Both the position numbers and the translations under genes were made by a program. From Bdellovibrionales bacterium (GTDB lineage Bacteria > Bdellovibrionota > Bdellovibrionia > Bdellovibrionales > DASUEL01), in the NCBI GenBank assembly GCA_050250255.1, contig JBFWOZ010000003.1, positions 32,001 through 96,000 on the forward strand: a stretch of 64,000 nt of DNA. Reading direction: 5' to 3'. Each line of letters begins with the position of its first letter. Positions within the stretch are counted from its first letter, which is position 1. The notes under the pieces were generated by a model. That model was not told where the DNA came from. It saw only the letters and a list, made by a program, of their open reading frames with translations, and searched no databases. Of the stretch, positions 49,338-57,796 are shown in pieces.

Positions 49338-49372
49338 TTTTGCCCCAAAGTGGGGCAAAATATACTGCCCCA
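49338..49372. promoter_or_regulatory. Perfect palindrome plus extra half-site upstream of the TIGR02147 gene
   Basis: TTTTGCCCCA-AAG-TGGGGCAAAA (49338-49360); TGCCCCA again at 49366-49372. Confidence 0.65.
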
Positions 49373-49536
49373 CCAATTTTTTTCATAGTACCGAGCGGTG
49401 CGTTTGCAACAGAGGCTTCAAAAGTATCTAAAGGATACCAAAAGCATAATCATGTACAGATGCGCACTTAACCACTGGTTTGATGACTATCGCTGTGGTT
49501 CTAAAAGTTCAGATCTGAAGACCAAGTATAAGAGTG

Positions 49537-49800
49537 TCACGCACTCCTAGATTTCATGGCGCGATCTAAATCATACGTCGCTTGAAAGTTCATCCATAAT
49601 TTAGCGGAAGTTCCCAATGCTTGGGCCAAGTCGAGAGCTGAATCGGCAGTGATTCCACGTTTGCCTTTAATCAATTCATTGAGTTTGGCTTTCGTCCATT
49701 TTAATTTTTTTGCAAACTCGGCTTGAGTCATACCCATAGGTTCGAGAAATTCTTCAAGAAGCATTTCTCCAGGGTGGAATGGATTTTTCGGTTGTTTCAT
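49537..49800 (-). CDS. higA: HigA family antitoxin
   Basis: HPGEMLLEEFLEP, ELIKGKRGIT, WMNFQATYDL. Confidence 0.93.
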   Translation of the reverse strand: MKQPKNPFHPGEMLLEEFLEPMGMTQAEFAKKLKWTKAKLNELIKGKRGITADSALDLAQALGTSAKLWMNFQATYDLDRAMKSRSA

Positions 49801-49808
49801 AAGCTCTC

Positions 49809-50102
49809 CTATCTATGGTAGTCTAATATCTTTACTTCGCTTGCTCTGTCTTCGGACCATTTAAAAATTACTCTCCATTGATCATTAATTCGAATCGAAT
49901 AAAAGCCGTGCAAGTCGCCCTTCAATGCTTCTAACCGATTGCCTGGCGGAACTCGAAGGTCTGTTAAGTTATCAGCTTCATGCAAATACAAAAGCTTTCT
50001 GCGTGCAACCCGAAAAAGTTCAGCAGGGAAGGCTCTTGTTTGCTTTGACTTTTTATCGTCAAAAAGGTCTTGCGCGAGTTGATTGCCAAAGCTGATAATC
50101 AT
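49809..50102 (-). CDS. higB: HigB (RelE/ParE family) toxin
   Basis: MIISF, DLRVPPGNRLEALKGD, SIRINDQWRVIFKW, DYH. Confidence 0.93.
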   Translation of the reverse strand: MIISFGNQLAQDLFDDKKSKQTRAFPAELFRVARRKLLYLHEADNLTDLRVPPGNRLEALKGDLHGFYSIRINDQWRVIFKWSEDRASEVKILDYHR

Positions 50103-50103
50103 G

Positions 50104-50137
50104 TTCCGATATTATCGGAATTCGATAATTATTGCAA
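50104..50137 (-). promoter_or_regulatory. higBA promoter/operator
   Basis: TTGCAA-N17-TAATAT ending 6 nt before ATG; overlapping palindromes TTCCGATA-T-TATCGGAA and ATTATCG-N5-CGATAAT. Confidence 0.7.
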
Positions 50138-50293
50138 GAATTTTTTAAAGTTTGGCAGAATCTTGGATTTGAGGGTTTAACTAGACGTAACTACTCATAA
50201 TTCGACACCACCTCCATAATAGAACCACCACACCTAACTGTTAAAATCTGGTTTTATCTTGATTAGATTATTTCGTCGTCATAGTTTGCGCGC

Positions 50294-51322
50294 ATGAAAC
50301 GGCTTCAAACAGTATTCTGCCTTCTTGTTTTTTTTTCTATCTTCAATGCTCAGGCGAAGCTTGCGGTGTGGAGTGAGTTTCTTGATGCCGAAAAAGTAGA
50401 ACGACATTTCGAGTTTCTAAAAGTTCATCATATCGATCTCCACCTTGCCGTGCGATCTCACGAGATATCACAACCCGGGCTTTTTGGTTTTATTCGTAAG
50501 GCTCAGCAGCAGGGAATTGAAGTGCGACCTTGGATTCTTTTAGAAGAGGAAAAAGGCTATTGGGCCAACGTTTGGAATGCTGAAGAGTTTCGACAAACGG
50601 TGCTCTATTTTCTGACTCGTGCAAAAGAAGAGAGAGTTCCCGTCAAATGGATTTCCATTGATCTCGAATCGCCGCCCAGACAGTTAAAAGCTGCGGCTGC
50701 GTGTTTGTCTCATAAAGACATTTGGTGTGCCTCCAAAGTGTTTTCAGAAAATCAAAACTCTTTTGTTTTCTGGAAGGCCCACGCAACTTTTCAAAAAATG
50801 ATCGACGACGTCCATCGTCTGGATGTGAAACTTCATGCGGTGACGGCTCCGATGGTGCTTCATGATTTTGCGGATGGCTTACCGCAGTTTCAATTTCTCT
50901 TTGGTGTACCTGTCCAGGGCTTGGATTGGGATGAACTGTCCTTTATGGTTTATCGTCCCGAATTTATAAACCTGCTAGGGCCTATTGGTTCTGACATTGT
51001 TTACGAATACGCTAAAATGGCGAAACGGTATGTTGGGGCTAAAGCTGCCATTGATCTGGGAGAGATCGGTTCCAGCGTCTTTCCTATCCCGGTCAAAGGC
51101 TTTCAGAAGCCTGAGGAATTGATTTCAGATTTAAGAGCTGTAAGAGAGGCGAGGATCACGGAGATCAACCTCTATTCTCTCGATGGCTTATCTACCATGC
51201 CGAATCCTGATCTATGGATTCAAACCACCGGGACAAACACACCAGCGCCTAGTTGGAAAACGAAATTTTATTTTTCCGTTATCCAGTTTGTTAAAAAATG
51301 GCTGCCACTCCCAGGCAGATAG
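50294..51322 (+). CDS. Hypothetical secreted protein, possible TIM-barrel glycoside hydrolase-like fold
   Basis: Signal peptide AQA; alternating beta/alpha pattern, VRPWI, SIDLE, SFMVY, LYSLDG. Confidence 0.6.
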   Translation: MKRLQTVFCLLVFFSIFNAQAKLAVWSEFLDAEKVERHFEFLKVHHIDLHLAVRSHEISQPGLFGFIRKAQQQGIEVRPWILLEEEKGYWANVWNAEEFRQTVLYFLTRAKEERVPVKWISIDLESPPRQLKAAAACLSHKDIWCASKVFSENQNSFVFWKAHATFQKMIDDVHRLDVKLHAVTAPMVLHDFADGLPQFQFLFGVPVQGLDWDELSFMVYRPEFINLLGPIGSDIVYEYAKMAKRYVGAKAAIDLGEIGSSVFPIPVKGFQKPEELISDLRAVREARITEINLYSLDGLSTMPNPDLWIQTTGTNTPAPSWKTKFYFSVIQFVKKWLPLPGR

Positions 51323-51471
51323 TCATATAGAGACAGAAAATCGATAGACGCCTCTAGGAAGTTGTTTAAAGCTTAGCCCATGTCTTTTACGTGAATTTTT
51401 GTTAATCCCTTTTGCATTCCTTGAGGTGGCTTAAAATCAAGTATAAGTTGTGGGCTCTTGGAGGAATTTTT

Positions 51472-51921
51472 ATGAAAATTATTTTGAGCTTTTTAATCCT
51501 TGTAACAGCTATTGTTTCTCAGGCCTCTGGTGTTGAGAGCATTCAATGTAAAAACGAGCGAATAGAAATTGCGTTTCAACTACAATACGACGAATCTGTT
51601 GGCTCAATTTCATTGAAAAATCTTACTACGCAAGACGCTCTTTCTTTAGATCTTAAGTTGGATCCTGTTTCTGAGAAGTCACCCTACAATGTGTATTCTC
51701 AGCGTGATATCGCTGCAACTCAAAGAAGTTACAACTCAACTCTCGTGTTGAGAATTCCTAAAACAAGAAATGCGACTTTTAAAGCCTCTCTTGAAGACCG
51801 TGATTATGATGACGATTATGAATCAGGCTACCGACTTCAAGATAAAGGTCCCGACTATAACGGATATGTTCTCCGCTCCGGTTGGTCAGATATAGAGATT
51901 TCTTGTACATCTTCTCATTAA
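51472..51921 (+). CDS. Hypothetical secreted protein
   Basis: RBS GGAGG, signal peptide SQA, Cys near both termini. Confidence 0.7.
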   Translation: MKIILSFLILVTAIVSQASGVESIQCKNERIEIAFQLQYDESVGSISLKNLTTQDALSLDLKLDPVSEKSPYNVYSQRDIAATQRSYNSTLVLRIPKTRNATFKASLEDRDYDDDYESGYRLQDKGPDYNGYVLRSGWSDIEISCTSSH

Positions 51922-51945
51922 GATTTTTTCAGAATTAAATGTTTT

Positions 51946-51978
51946 AAAAAGCCAGTTCATTCGCGCTGGCTTTTTTTT
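51946..51978 (+). terminator. Rho-independent terminator
   Basis: AAAAAGCCAG...CTGGC followed by T8. Confidence 0.75.
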
Positions 51979-52027
51979 GTCTTCAGATTGCTCGGGATCC
52001 TATACCATCATCTTGAGATGAGAACAT

Positions 52028-52057
52028 AAAAAAGCCAGCTCGGAGGGAGCTGGCTTT
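52028..52057 (-). terminator. Rho-independent terminator of the convergent gene
   Basis: A6-GCCAGCTC-GGAGG-GAGCTGGC. Confidence 0.75.
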
Positions 52058-52079
52058 AAAAGAAGATAAGCAAACGAGA

Positions 52080-52799
52080 TTAAAGTGTATGACCGAGAGC
52101 CATTTGAAGCTGTTGACGCTGAACAGGGTTTGCATCGCCGAGCTTTTTACCTTCAGTAGCGATTGAAAGTCTGACGGGTTCGTCCACTCCGTTAAGTCCC
52201 CAAACAACATTCACAATTTTTGCGGCTCTTGTTGGGCTACAACCAGAGTAGGCGAGAATCATGGCAAATACTGATGGCCCACGGTGTTTCATTCCGTTGC
52301 AACCGAAGGCGATATACTTATGATCTGCAAGACACGAGAGATAGCTAGTGCGAGCGTTCGCAAACTGATCTTTCAATTTTGTCCCGTATTCGCGAGGACC
52401 ACTTGTAGTCGTCAAATCTTTTGGATTTGTAAGGTAGATGTGAGTGAAATCTTCTTCGGCTTCATCATTCCCTTTGTTGTAGTACCATGTGCAGTAATTT
52501 TGGCTTGCACTTGCTGTAGAGCGAGCTGCCGCAAAATTCTTGATGGCCTTTGCGTCAGAATTACCTACACCGAGTCCTAAGATGGTAATGTTCCCCACTT
52601 TAAAGAGGTGAGCATTGTCCATATCTTTTAAGTCCGCTTTTACTTCTTTTTCCAAAAAAGTTTTTGGATCGCAGTAAGCGGGTTCACCTGGATCTAAAAC
52701 TTCTTTTTCGGTTGGGGGTTTTACTTTTCCAGAACCCATTGCGTGGCCTTGTGAGGTCATCACAAGGGAAAGTGTGAATATTAATATGAGAGTTTTCAT
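52080..52799 (-). CDS. Secreted protein with a CX5R (PTP/DSP-like) motif
   Basis: RBS AGGAGG, signal peptide, IAFGCNGMKHRGPSVFAMIL. Confidence 0.7.
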   Translation of the reverse strand: MKTLILIFTLSLVMTSQGHAMGSGKVKPPTEKEVLDPGEPAYCDPKTFLEKEVKADLKDMDNAHLFKVGNITILGLGVGNSDAKAIKNFAAARSTASASQNYCTWYYNKGNDEAEEDFTHIYLTNPKDLTTTSGPREYGTKLKDQFANARTSYLSCLADHKYIAFGCNGMKHRGPSVFAMILAYSGCSPTRAAKIVNVVWGLNGVDEPVRLSIATEGKKLGDANPVQRQQLQMALGHTL

Positions 52800-53390
52800 G
52801 AGCGCCTCCTTGGCTGTGTTTGAAAACGTTTCCGGGATGGAAGACCTAGATGAGGATCACTTTGGTTGTTCATTTATTAATTTCATTCTAGAAAAAAAAG
52901 TGTCCGACCGTGCACGACAAAAAATAAAACTAGTCATTGTGCCGAAGTGCGATTTTTACAGTTTTCGATTAGAAAAATTAATATCCATACTTTCGCCGCG
53001 TGCAAATTGACCCATTTAAGTCGAGTTGTGATTTAAATGATTTCCTCGAGAGAAAAAATATTTTGTTCGAGGGAGGGGCTGAAATGTTTTTTTACAGAAA
53101 CATTTCAGCTTTGTAAGGTTCACTAGACTAGATTTTCAAATTTCTGCTCGAGTTGGGAGTTTTCAAACAAAGTTCGTTCATGTGTTGGTGAAAAAAAATT
53201 CATTTATTTGTGCCTGCAGGATGAGGGTGGATGTTCAAAATGTAGCGATTGGTGAATCGAGTTTTTGCAAAGCAGAGGTTTTTCGATCATGTATGAGAAA
53301 TTGAAGTAAGAGCTTGTAATAGGGGTAGGTGAGTTATTTCAAAGCCCTGAGAATCTTAGGGTTCAAGGTCGAGTCGAGAATATAAGAAAA

Positions 53391-53432
53391 ACGCATTGAC
53401 TTACGCATAACTTACGCACATACTATGGATGT
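53391..53432 (+). promoter_or_regulatory. lexA promoter with tandem repeat operator candidate
   Basis: TTGACT-N17-CATACT; ACTTACGCA at 53399 and 53410. Confidence 0.65.
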
Positions 53433-54065
53433 ATGAAAACAGACTCTTCCTCTCCTCCTAACAACCTGACCCCCAAACAGAAGAAGGTTCTGGACTTCAT
53501 TCAAGACTTCTTGCGCGAGAGGGGCTACGGCCCCTCTCAGCAGGAGATCGCTCGTCACTTCGGGTTCAGTTCACTAGGCACCGTACAGAATTACCTCGTG
53601 CGTTTAGAGCAGAACGGTTACCTCTCCCGCTCTTGGAATGCAAAGCGGGGCCTGACTCCGACCTTTAATGAAAACAGTCTTCCCCTTTTAGGTCACGTAG
53701 CGGCGGGGAAACCCATCGAAAGTCTATTGAATGATGAACGCATCGAAGTTCCGCCTTTCATGTTGGAGAAACTAAGAAAAGATCCAGATAACTTATTTGT
53801 TTTAAAAGTTGTGGGTGATTCCATGCTCCAAGACGGCATTCTTGAAGGTGACTACGTGATCATACGAAAACAAAAGACGGCCGAGAGCGGACAGAAGGTT
53901 GTAGCCCTTATCGAGCACGGAGCGACGATCAAAAGATTCTTTAAACTTCGTGATCGTATCGAACTTCACTCTGCAAATCCTCAATATGCTCCCATTGTTG
54001 TACGTCCCCATGATCCTTTTGAAATTGAAGGTCTATTCGTGGGCTTAATCCGTGTCGAACAATAA
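53433..54065 (+). CDS. lexA: LexA repressor
   Basis: LTPKQ, GPSQQEIARHFG wHTH; VAAG cleavage site; GDSM catalytic Ser; TIKR catalytic Lys. Confidence 0.95.
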   Translation: MKTDSSSPPNNLTPKQKKVLDFIQDFLRERGYGPSQQEIARHFGFSSLGTVQNYLVRLEQNGYLSRSWNAKRGLTPTFNENSLPLLGHVAAGKPIESLLNDERIEVPPFMLEKLRKDPDNLFVLKVVGDSMLQDGILEGDYVIIRKQKTAESGQKVVALIEHGATIKRFFKLRDRIELHSANPQYAPIVVRPHDPFEIEGLFVGLIRVEQ

Positions 54066-55346
54066 ATGAATTCAAACTCTGAGAACACGAAGGAAGAATG
54101 GGATGAAGTCAGCGAACAAGCGCCAAGAAACGAAGTGGAATTTGTTGACTGGCTTTTTGTGGATCTCAACTCTTTTTTTGCTTCTGTTGAGCAACAGCTA
54201 AATCCTGTACTTCGCAACCGACCTGTTGCGGTTGTGCCTGTTCTTGCAGAAACCACTTCCTGCATTGCTGCGAGCTATGAGGCGAAAGCTTTCGGTGTAA
54301 AGACGGGGACAAGAGTGTCTGAAGCGAGGCAGATGTGCCCCGGGATTCGTTTTGTAAAAGGAAATCATAAAAATTATGCCGATTACCATCATCGTATTAT
54401 AGATGCGGTGGAATCGTGTCTTCCGGTGACAGTTGTCATGTCGATTGATGAGATGGCCTGTCGTCTTACAGGATCCGATCGTGGTATTCCAAAAGCGATG
54501 GAGATTGCAAAAGGGGTTAAACAGAAAATTCGTGAATTAGGGAGCGAACTCGGATGTTCAGTGGGACTAGCACCTAATCGATATTTGGCAAAAGTCGCTT
54601 CCGATATGCAAAAGCCTGACGGACTGACAGTGGTTCGACGAAGTGAAATTCCTCAAAAATTTTTTCGGCTCAAGCCGAGAGATTTTCCAGGCATCGGCCA
54701 CAATATGGAGATTCGGTTACAAAAAGCAGGGATCTATACCGTAGAACAAATGTATCAAGCCGATCTTCATAAAATGCGAAGCATTTGGAGTGGGGTCGTT
54801 GGGGAAAGGTTTTACAAATGGATTCGCGGCGAAAACTTAGAAATCTCAACCGAAAAACATAAATCCATTAGCCATTCTCACGTTTTGGCTCCTGAGCTGC
54901 GAAATCCTAAGGGATCCTACGCCGTCGCTCAAAAACTCCTGCACAAAGCAGCTTATCGGCTTCGCAAAATCAATCATTGGGCGTGTGGAATGTCGGTTTC
55001 ATTAAAATATTTAAATGGATCAAAGTGGCGAGAAGAAGTGCGAATGCTCGAGTGTCAGGACACATTTAGTTTTAATAAAATTTTACAAGAGATGTGGAAG
55101 ACTTGCCCTGGGGGATCACCCATTAAAGTTTCGGTGGTGCTTTCTGATTTAGTAGCGGATGAAAATCGTAATGCTTCTTTTTTTGAAGAAACTAAGGGAT
55201 TAGATTTGAGCCGGGCGATGGATCGTTTAAATAACAAGTACAATAAAAATTTAGTTTATCTCGCAGGAGTAGACCAAGCCAAAGTAGCAGCGCCTACGCG
55301 AATTGCTTTTTCGAATATTCCAAGCTTTGATTTAGAAGGAGAATAA
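54066..55346 (+). CDS. dinB: Y-family translesion DNA polymerase (DinB/UmuC-like)
   Basis: VDLNSFFASVE, ASYEAKAFGVK, SIDE, LAKVASDMQKPDG. Confidence 0.9.
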   Translation: MNSNSENTKEEWDEVSEQAPRNEVEFVDWLFVDLNSFFASVEQQLNPVLRNRPVAVVPVLAETTSCIAASYEAKAFGVKTGTRVSEARQMCPGIRFVKGNHKNYADYHHRIIDAVESCLPVTVVMSIDEMACRLTGSDRGIPKAMEIAKGVKQKIRELGSELGCSVGLAPNRYLAKVASDMQKPDGLTVVRRSEIPQKFFRLKPRDFPGIGHNMEIRLQKAGIYTVEQMYQADLHKMRSIWSGVVGERFYKWIRGENLEISTEKHKSISHSHVLAPELRNPKGSYAVAQKLLHKAAYRLRKINHWACGMSVSLKYLNGSKWREEVRMLECQDTFSFNKILQEMWKTCPGGSPIKVSVVLSDLVADENRNASFFEETKGLDLSRAMDRLNNKYNKNLVYLAGVDQAKVAAPTRIAFSNIPSFDLEGE

Positions 55347-55349
55347 AAG

Positions 55350-56201
55350 TTAGCGAGAAGCGAGAGAATCAACGATTTCTTGGTAAAGAGTCGGAAGATC
55401 CTTAAGGGACGGAGTTGTGCCAACACTTGTTGGAAGAACAAGAATTTTGAGCTGTTGATGGTTTTCTTTTAATTTTTCGAGGTTCTTAAGAGAAAAAATA
55501 TTTTCGATCAAAAATAAATCAATATTCTCTTTTTTTATCATCGAGAGGACTGCTGCTAAATGTTGGGGTGAAGGAGCTTGACCGGGATGACTTTCCAATA
55601 CTGCGCGCGTATCGATCCCAAAACGTTTGAGAAAATAATAGAATGTCGTGTGATAGGTGATCACTTTTTTACCTTTGAGAGGGTTGAGCTGGGTTTTCCA
55701 AAGAGCGAGTTGTTTTAAAAGTTGAGATTGAAACTCTTGCGCTCTTTTTTTAATCTCCATCCCTTGCTCAGGAAAAACTTCTATAAGTTTTAAAGAAAGG
55801 GGAGTGATAACATCGGCCACTCGCTGGGGATCTAAAAAGAGGTGAGGATTTCCCTCAGGATGATTTTTATGGGAGAGAAGAGGGTCTGTCTCCGGGTTCA
55901 TGAGTGGGCCGAGGAGAAAGATTTTTTTTTGATCAACCTTTAATTTCTTGAGCCACTCTTCATAACCTAATCCGATGGCGACAACCAATTTGGCTTTTTG
56001 GGCCACCACGACATGGCTGGGCTTGATATCAATGTGATGAGGATCTTGTTTTGCATCGGTAAAAGATTGGACTTTTAAAAATGGGGCTAAGGTAGAGACG
56101 AGAGATTGTATGTCGGTGGTTGTTGTAGCAACAAGAGAAGTTTCGGCAAAGACAGAGGTCGAAGACATAAAAATCGCAGAACAAAAAAGAAGACACCGCA
56201 T
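55350..56201 (-). CDS. Metal (Zn/Mn) ABC transporter substrate-binding protein
   Basis: DPHH, GLGYEEW, GNPHLFLDP, TYHTTFYYF, PSPQHL. Confidence 0.9.
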   Translation of the reverse strand: MRCLLFCSAIFMSSTSVFAETSLVATTTTDIQSLVSTLAPFLKVQSFTDAKQDPHHIDIKPSHVVVAQKAKLVVAIGLGYEEWLKKLKVDQKKIFLLGPLMNPETDPLLSHKNHPEGNPHLFLDPQRVADVITPLSLKLIEVFPEQGMEIKKRAQEFQSQLLKQLALWKTQLNPLKGKKVITYHTTFYYFLKRFGIDTRAVLESHPGQAPSPQHLAAVLSMIKKENIDLFLIENIFSLKNLEKLKENHQQLKILVLPTSVGTTPSLKDLPTLYQEIVDSLASR

Positions 56202-56274
56202 TTTTACTTCATACTATGAATAGCAATTTTTTTAAAGCCAACAGTGAGGGAGGGATGACCTACAATGCCACATA

Positions 56275-57783
56275 TTGACTTGGGCTCACCTCAAGAGGAG
56301 CATGGTCGCATCCATGAAGGTATTAACAAGCCCACTTTCACCAATGAAGATGTTCCTAGTGATTTTTACACTCGGCATTCTCACCCGTTCTTACGGAATT
56401 ACCGACCACTGGAAAAATAATGACCATTACAATTTTGCGGGTGTCTCGACAACACACGCTTTGAAGTGCTTAAAATCCACGCCTTTTGACATTTCACGCG
56501 GTCTCTATCTTTCATTTTGTGACACTGCCAGTCCAGACCTCTATGAGAACCATTCGCCCGCTTTTTTGTATCCCATGTGGGGACTGACCTTGGTTTTTGG
56601 AGAGGGGGAATGGGTCACGAGACTCTCCACATTGATTCACTCTGCTTTAGCTATTCTTCTCGTTTTTTTAATAGGGCTTCAGGTGTGGCCTCTCGAACCG
56701 TATCGAGCGGTCTTTGCAAGTTTCTTTCAGGCCTTCTTTTTAGGGCCTATGTATTTTGGAACGCACATCGATCCGATCACCGAGTTCACGCTGACGTTCA
56801 TGCTACTTTCCACCTACGCAGCTCTTAGAAATAAAATCTTTTGGTCACTTTTTTGGGCGCTGATTGCGGGATTCACGGCTTGGATCGGATTTTTTCACTT
56901 CGCTTCGCTTTTGGCCTTTGCGTGGCTTCGTGGAAAAGATTTTAAAAAGACGCTAGCAGGAACGTTTGTTGGATTTCTTTTTTGTGTCGCTTTGCTGATG
57001 TACCTTCAAGGTACTTGGGACATCTTAGCCTTTGTTCAAAAAAAGATTTTTAATCCCGAATATATTCCGGCGGAAGACTGGGTTGAAAAGGCTTTGTGGC
57101 CAGTACGTTTTGTAAAAAACTTTTTTGTCTCCCAAGCCCGTCTTTTAGGGCCTTTGTTTGCAAGCTTTGTGTTCTATGAGCTTGTTTTCGGTAGAGCTTC
57201 AAAAATTTTTAGTTATAAAAAGGGTGTATGGTCCCAAGCCACAAACTATCAGTGGGCACTACTTCTTTTGTCGCTCGGTTCGGCCATTTACTCTGTACTC
57301 GGCGTGAAGTACGTAATGGTGCATATCTATCTTTTTAATTTTTTCATGCCTCTCTATGCGCTTCTCGCGACAGAGTTTGTATGGAAAGTGTTTCAGCAAG
57401 GCGTACAAAGCATTGAGCCCAAAAAGTATGCTCTTTGGGCTTTGCCACTCGTCGCTCTTTATCCCTACGGAATTTATAAAACCAACGTGCTTCATGATGC
57501 GATTACCAGCGGACTGATTGTTCTTTTAAGTGGCTATATGTTATGGGCTATTTTTAAACGTCGACTGTCGTCTCAGGTTTTACAATTCTGTTTAGTAGCG
57601 GCAGCTCTACTTAATTTTAGCCAAGTGGTGAATTACCGAAACGAAGCGGATACCGAATTTCCGTTTTGTGAATGGGCCAGAGCTGAGTACGCACGTACGG
57701 GTCAACCTATACGCACGAAAGAGCCGCACACACGCAATAAAGAATTTCTTTACTGCCGTGGCATTCCGATCATTTACGAATAA
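56275..57783 (+). CDS. GT-C fold (ArnT/PMT-like) glycosyltransferase (start possibly 56344)
   Basis: YENHSP, FGEGEWVTRL, many TM helices. Confidence 0.75.
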   Translation: MTWAHLKRSMVASMKVLTSPLSPMKMFLVIFTLGILTRSYGITDHWKNNDHYNFAGVSTTHALKCLKSTPFDISRGLYLSFCDTASPDLYENHSPAFLYPMWGLTLVFGEGEWVTRLSTLIHSALAILLVFLIGLQVWPLEPYRAVFASFFQAFFLGPMYFGTHIDPITEFTLTFMLLSTYAALRNKIFWSLFWALIAGFTAWIGFFHFASLLAFAWLRGKDFKKTLAGTFVGFLFCVALLMYLQGTWDILAFVQKKIFNPEYIPAEDWVEKALWPVRFVKNFFVSQARLLGPLFASFVFYELVFGRASKIFSYKKGVWSQATNYQWALLLLSLGSAIYSVLGVKYVMVHIYLFNFFMPLYALLATEFVWKVFQQGVQSIEPKKYALWALPLVALYPYGIYKTNVLHDAITSGLIVLLSGYMLWAIFKRRLSSQVLQFCLVAAALLNFSQVVNYRNEADTEFPFCEWARAEYARTGQPIRTKEPHTRNKEFLYCRGIPIIYE

Positions 57784-57796
57784 ACATTTCCTAACA

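Larger units (their letters stand above)
47480..50216. mobile_element. Small tRNA-Cys-anchored genomic islet (no integrase inside)
   Basis: Direct repeat TCGCCGCCACCTCCA (47480-47494) vs TCGACACCACCTCCA (50202-50216), 13/15; cargo includes a TA pair; appears AT-richer by eye. Confidence 0.6.

Noticed and set aside
52774..53010. 78-aa ORF in the long intergenic gap
   Set aside because: No RBS or recognisable motif; overlaps the start of the opposite-strand gene
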